DNA of 64,000 nucleotides from an uncultured Phycisphaerales bacterium (GTDB lineage: Bacteria; Planctomycetota; Phycisphaerae; Tepidisphaerales; Tepidisphaeraceae), in NCBI GenBank assembly GCA_963755915.1, contig CAVWLP010000002.1:96001-160000 (forward strand), read 5' to 3'. Position 1 is the stretch's first letter, and every line of letters begins with the position of its first letter. The notes beneath the pieces were generated by a model. That model had not been told where the DNA came from and did no database searches. It saw only the letters and a list, made by a program, of their open reading frames with translations. Below are positions 64,000 through 64,000 of the stretch, piece by piece. The translations under genes and the position numbers were made by a program.

Positions 64000-64000
64000 C

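Overview
Mostly high-GC bacterial chromosome, probably a Phycisphaerae/Tepidisphaeraceae-like planctomycete. This is an inference from 'PATQP/TTRP' linkers, a PEP-CTERM protein, a CxxCGYDLRATPxRCPECG zinc-ribbon membrane protein and the repeat families. Many single-base frameshifts, even in gyrB, clpB and pheA, point to uncorrected long-read sequence rather than real pseudogenes. The first 7.5 kb is an IclR-regulated catabolic cluster (SDRs, MlrC/M81, RraA-like aldolase, M24 peptidase). It is followed by glycosyltransferases, a DUF5131-TcmP pair, a membrane-anchored Mrr-like nuclease, a ParE/addiction-module TA pair, housekeeping genes and dispersed, partly nested palindromic repeats. The most notable structure is a fully delimited 5,201-bp IS1-family cargo transposon (36739-41939; 17-bp terminal IRs, 8-bp target duplication). 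It carries an RHH regulator, a large N6-adenine methyltransferase, an uncharacterised partner gene and a small terminal gene, and may be a mobile defence or modification system. The second is an IS1111-type IS110 element (about 52621-54151) with 12-bp sub-terminal IRs and a ~340-nt 3' non-coding region containing short copies of both junction sequences, a candidate bridge/seek RNA. No rRNA, tRNA or CRISPR array was found.
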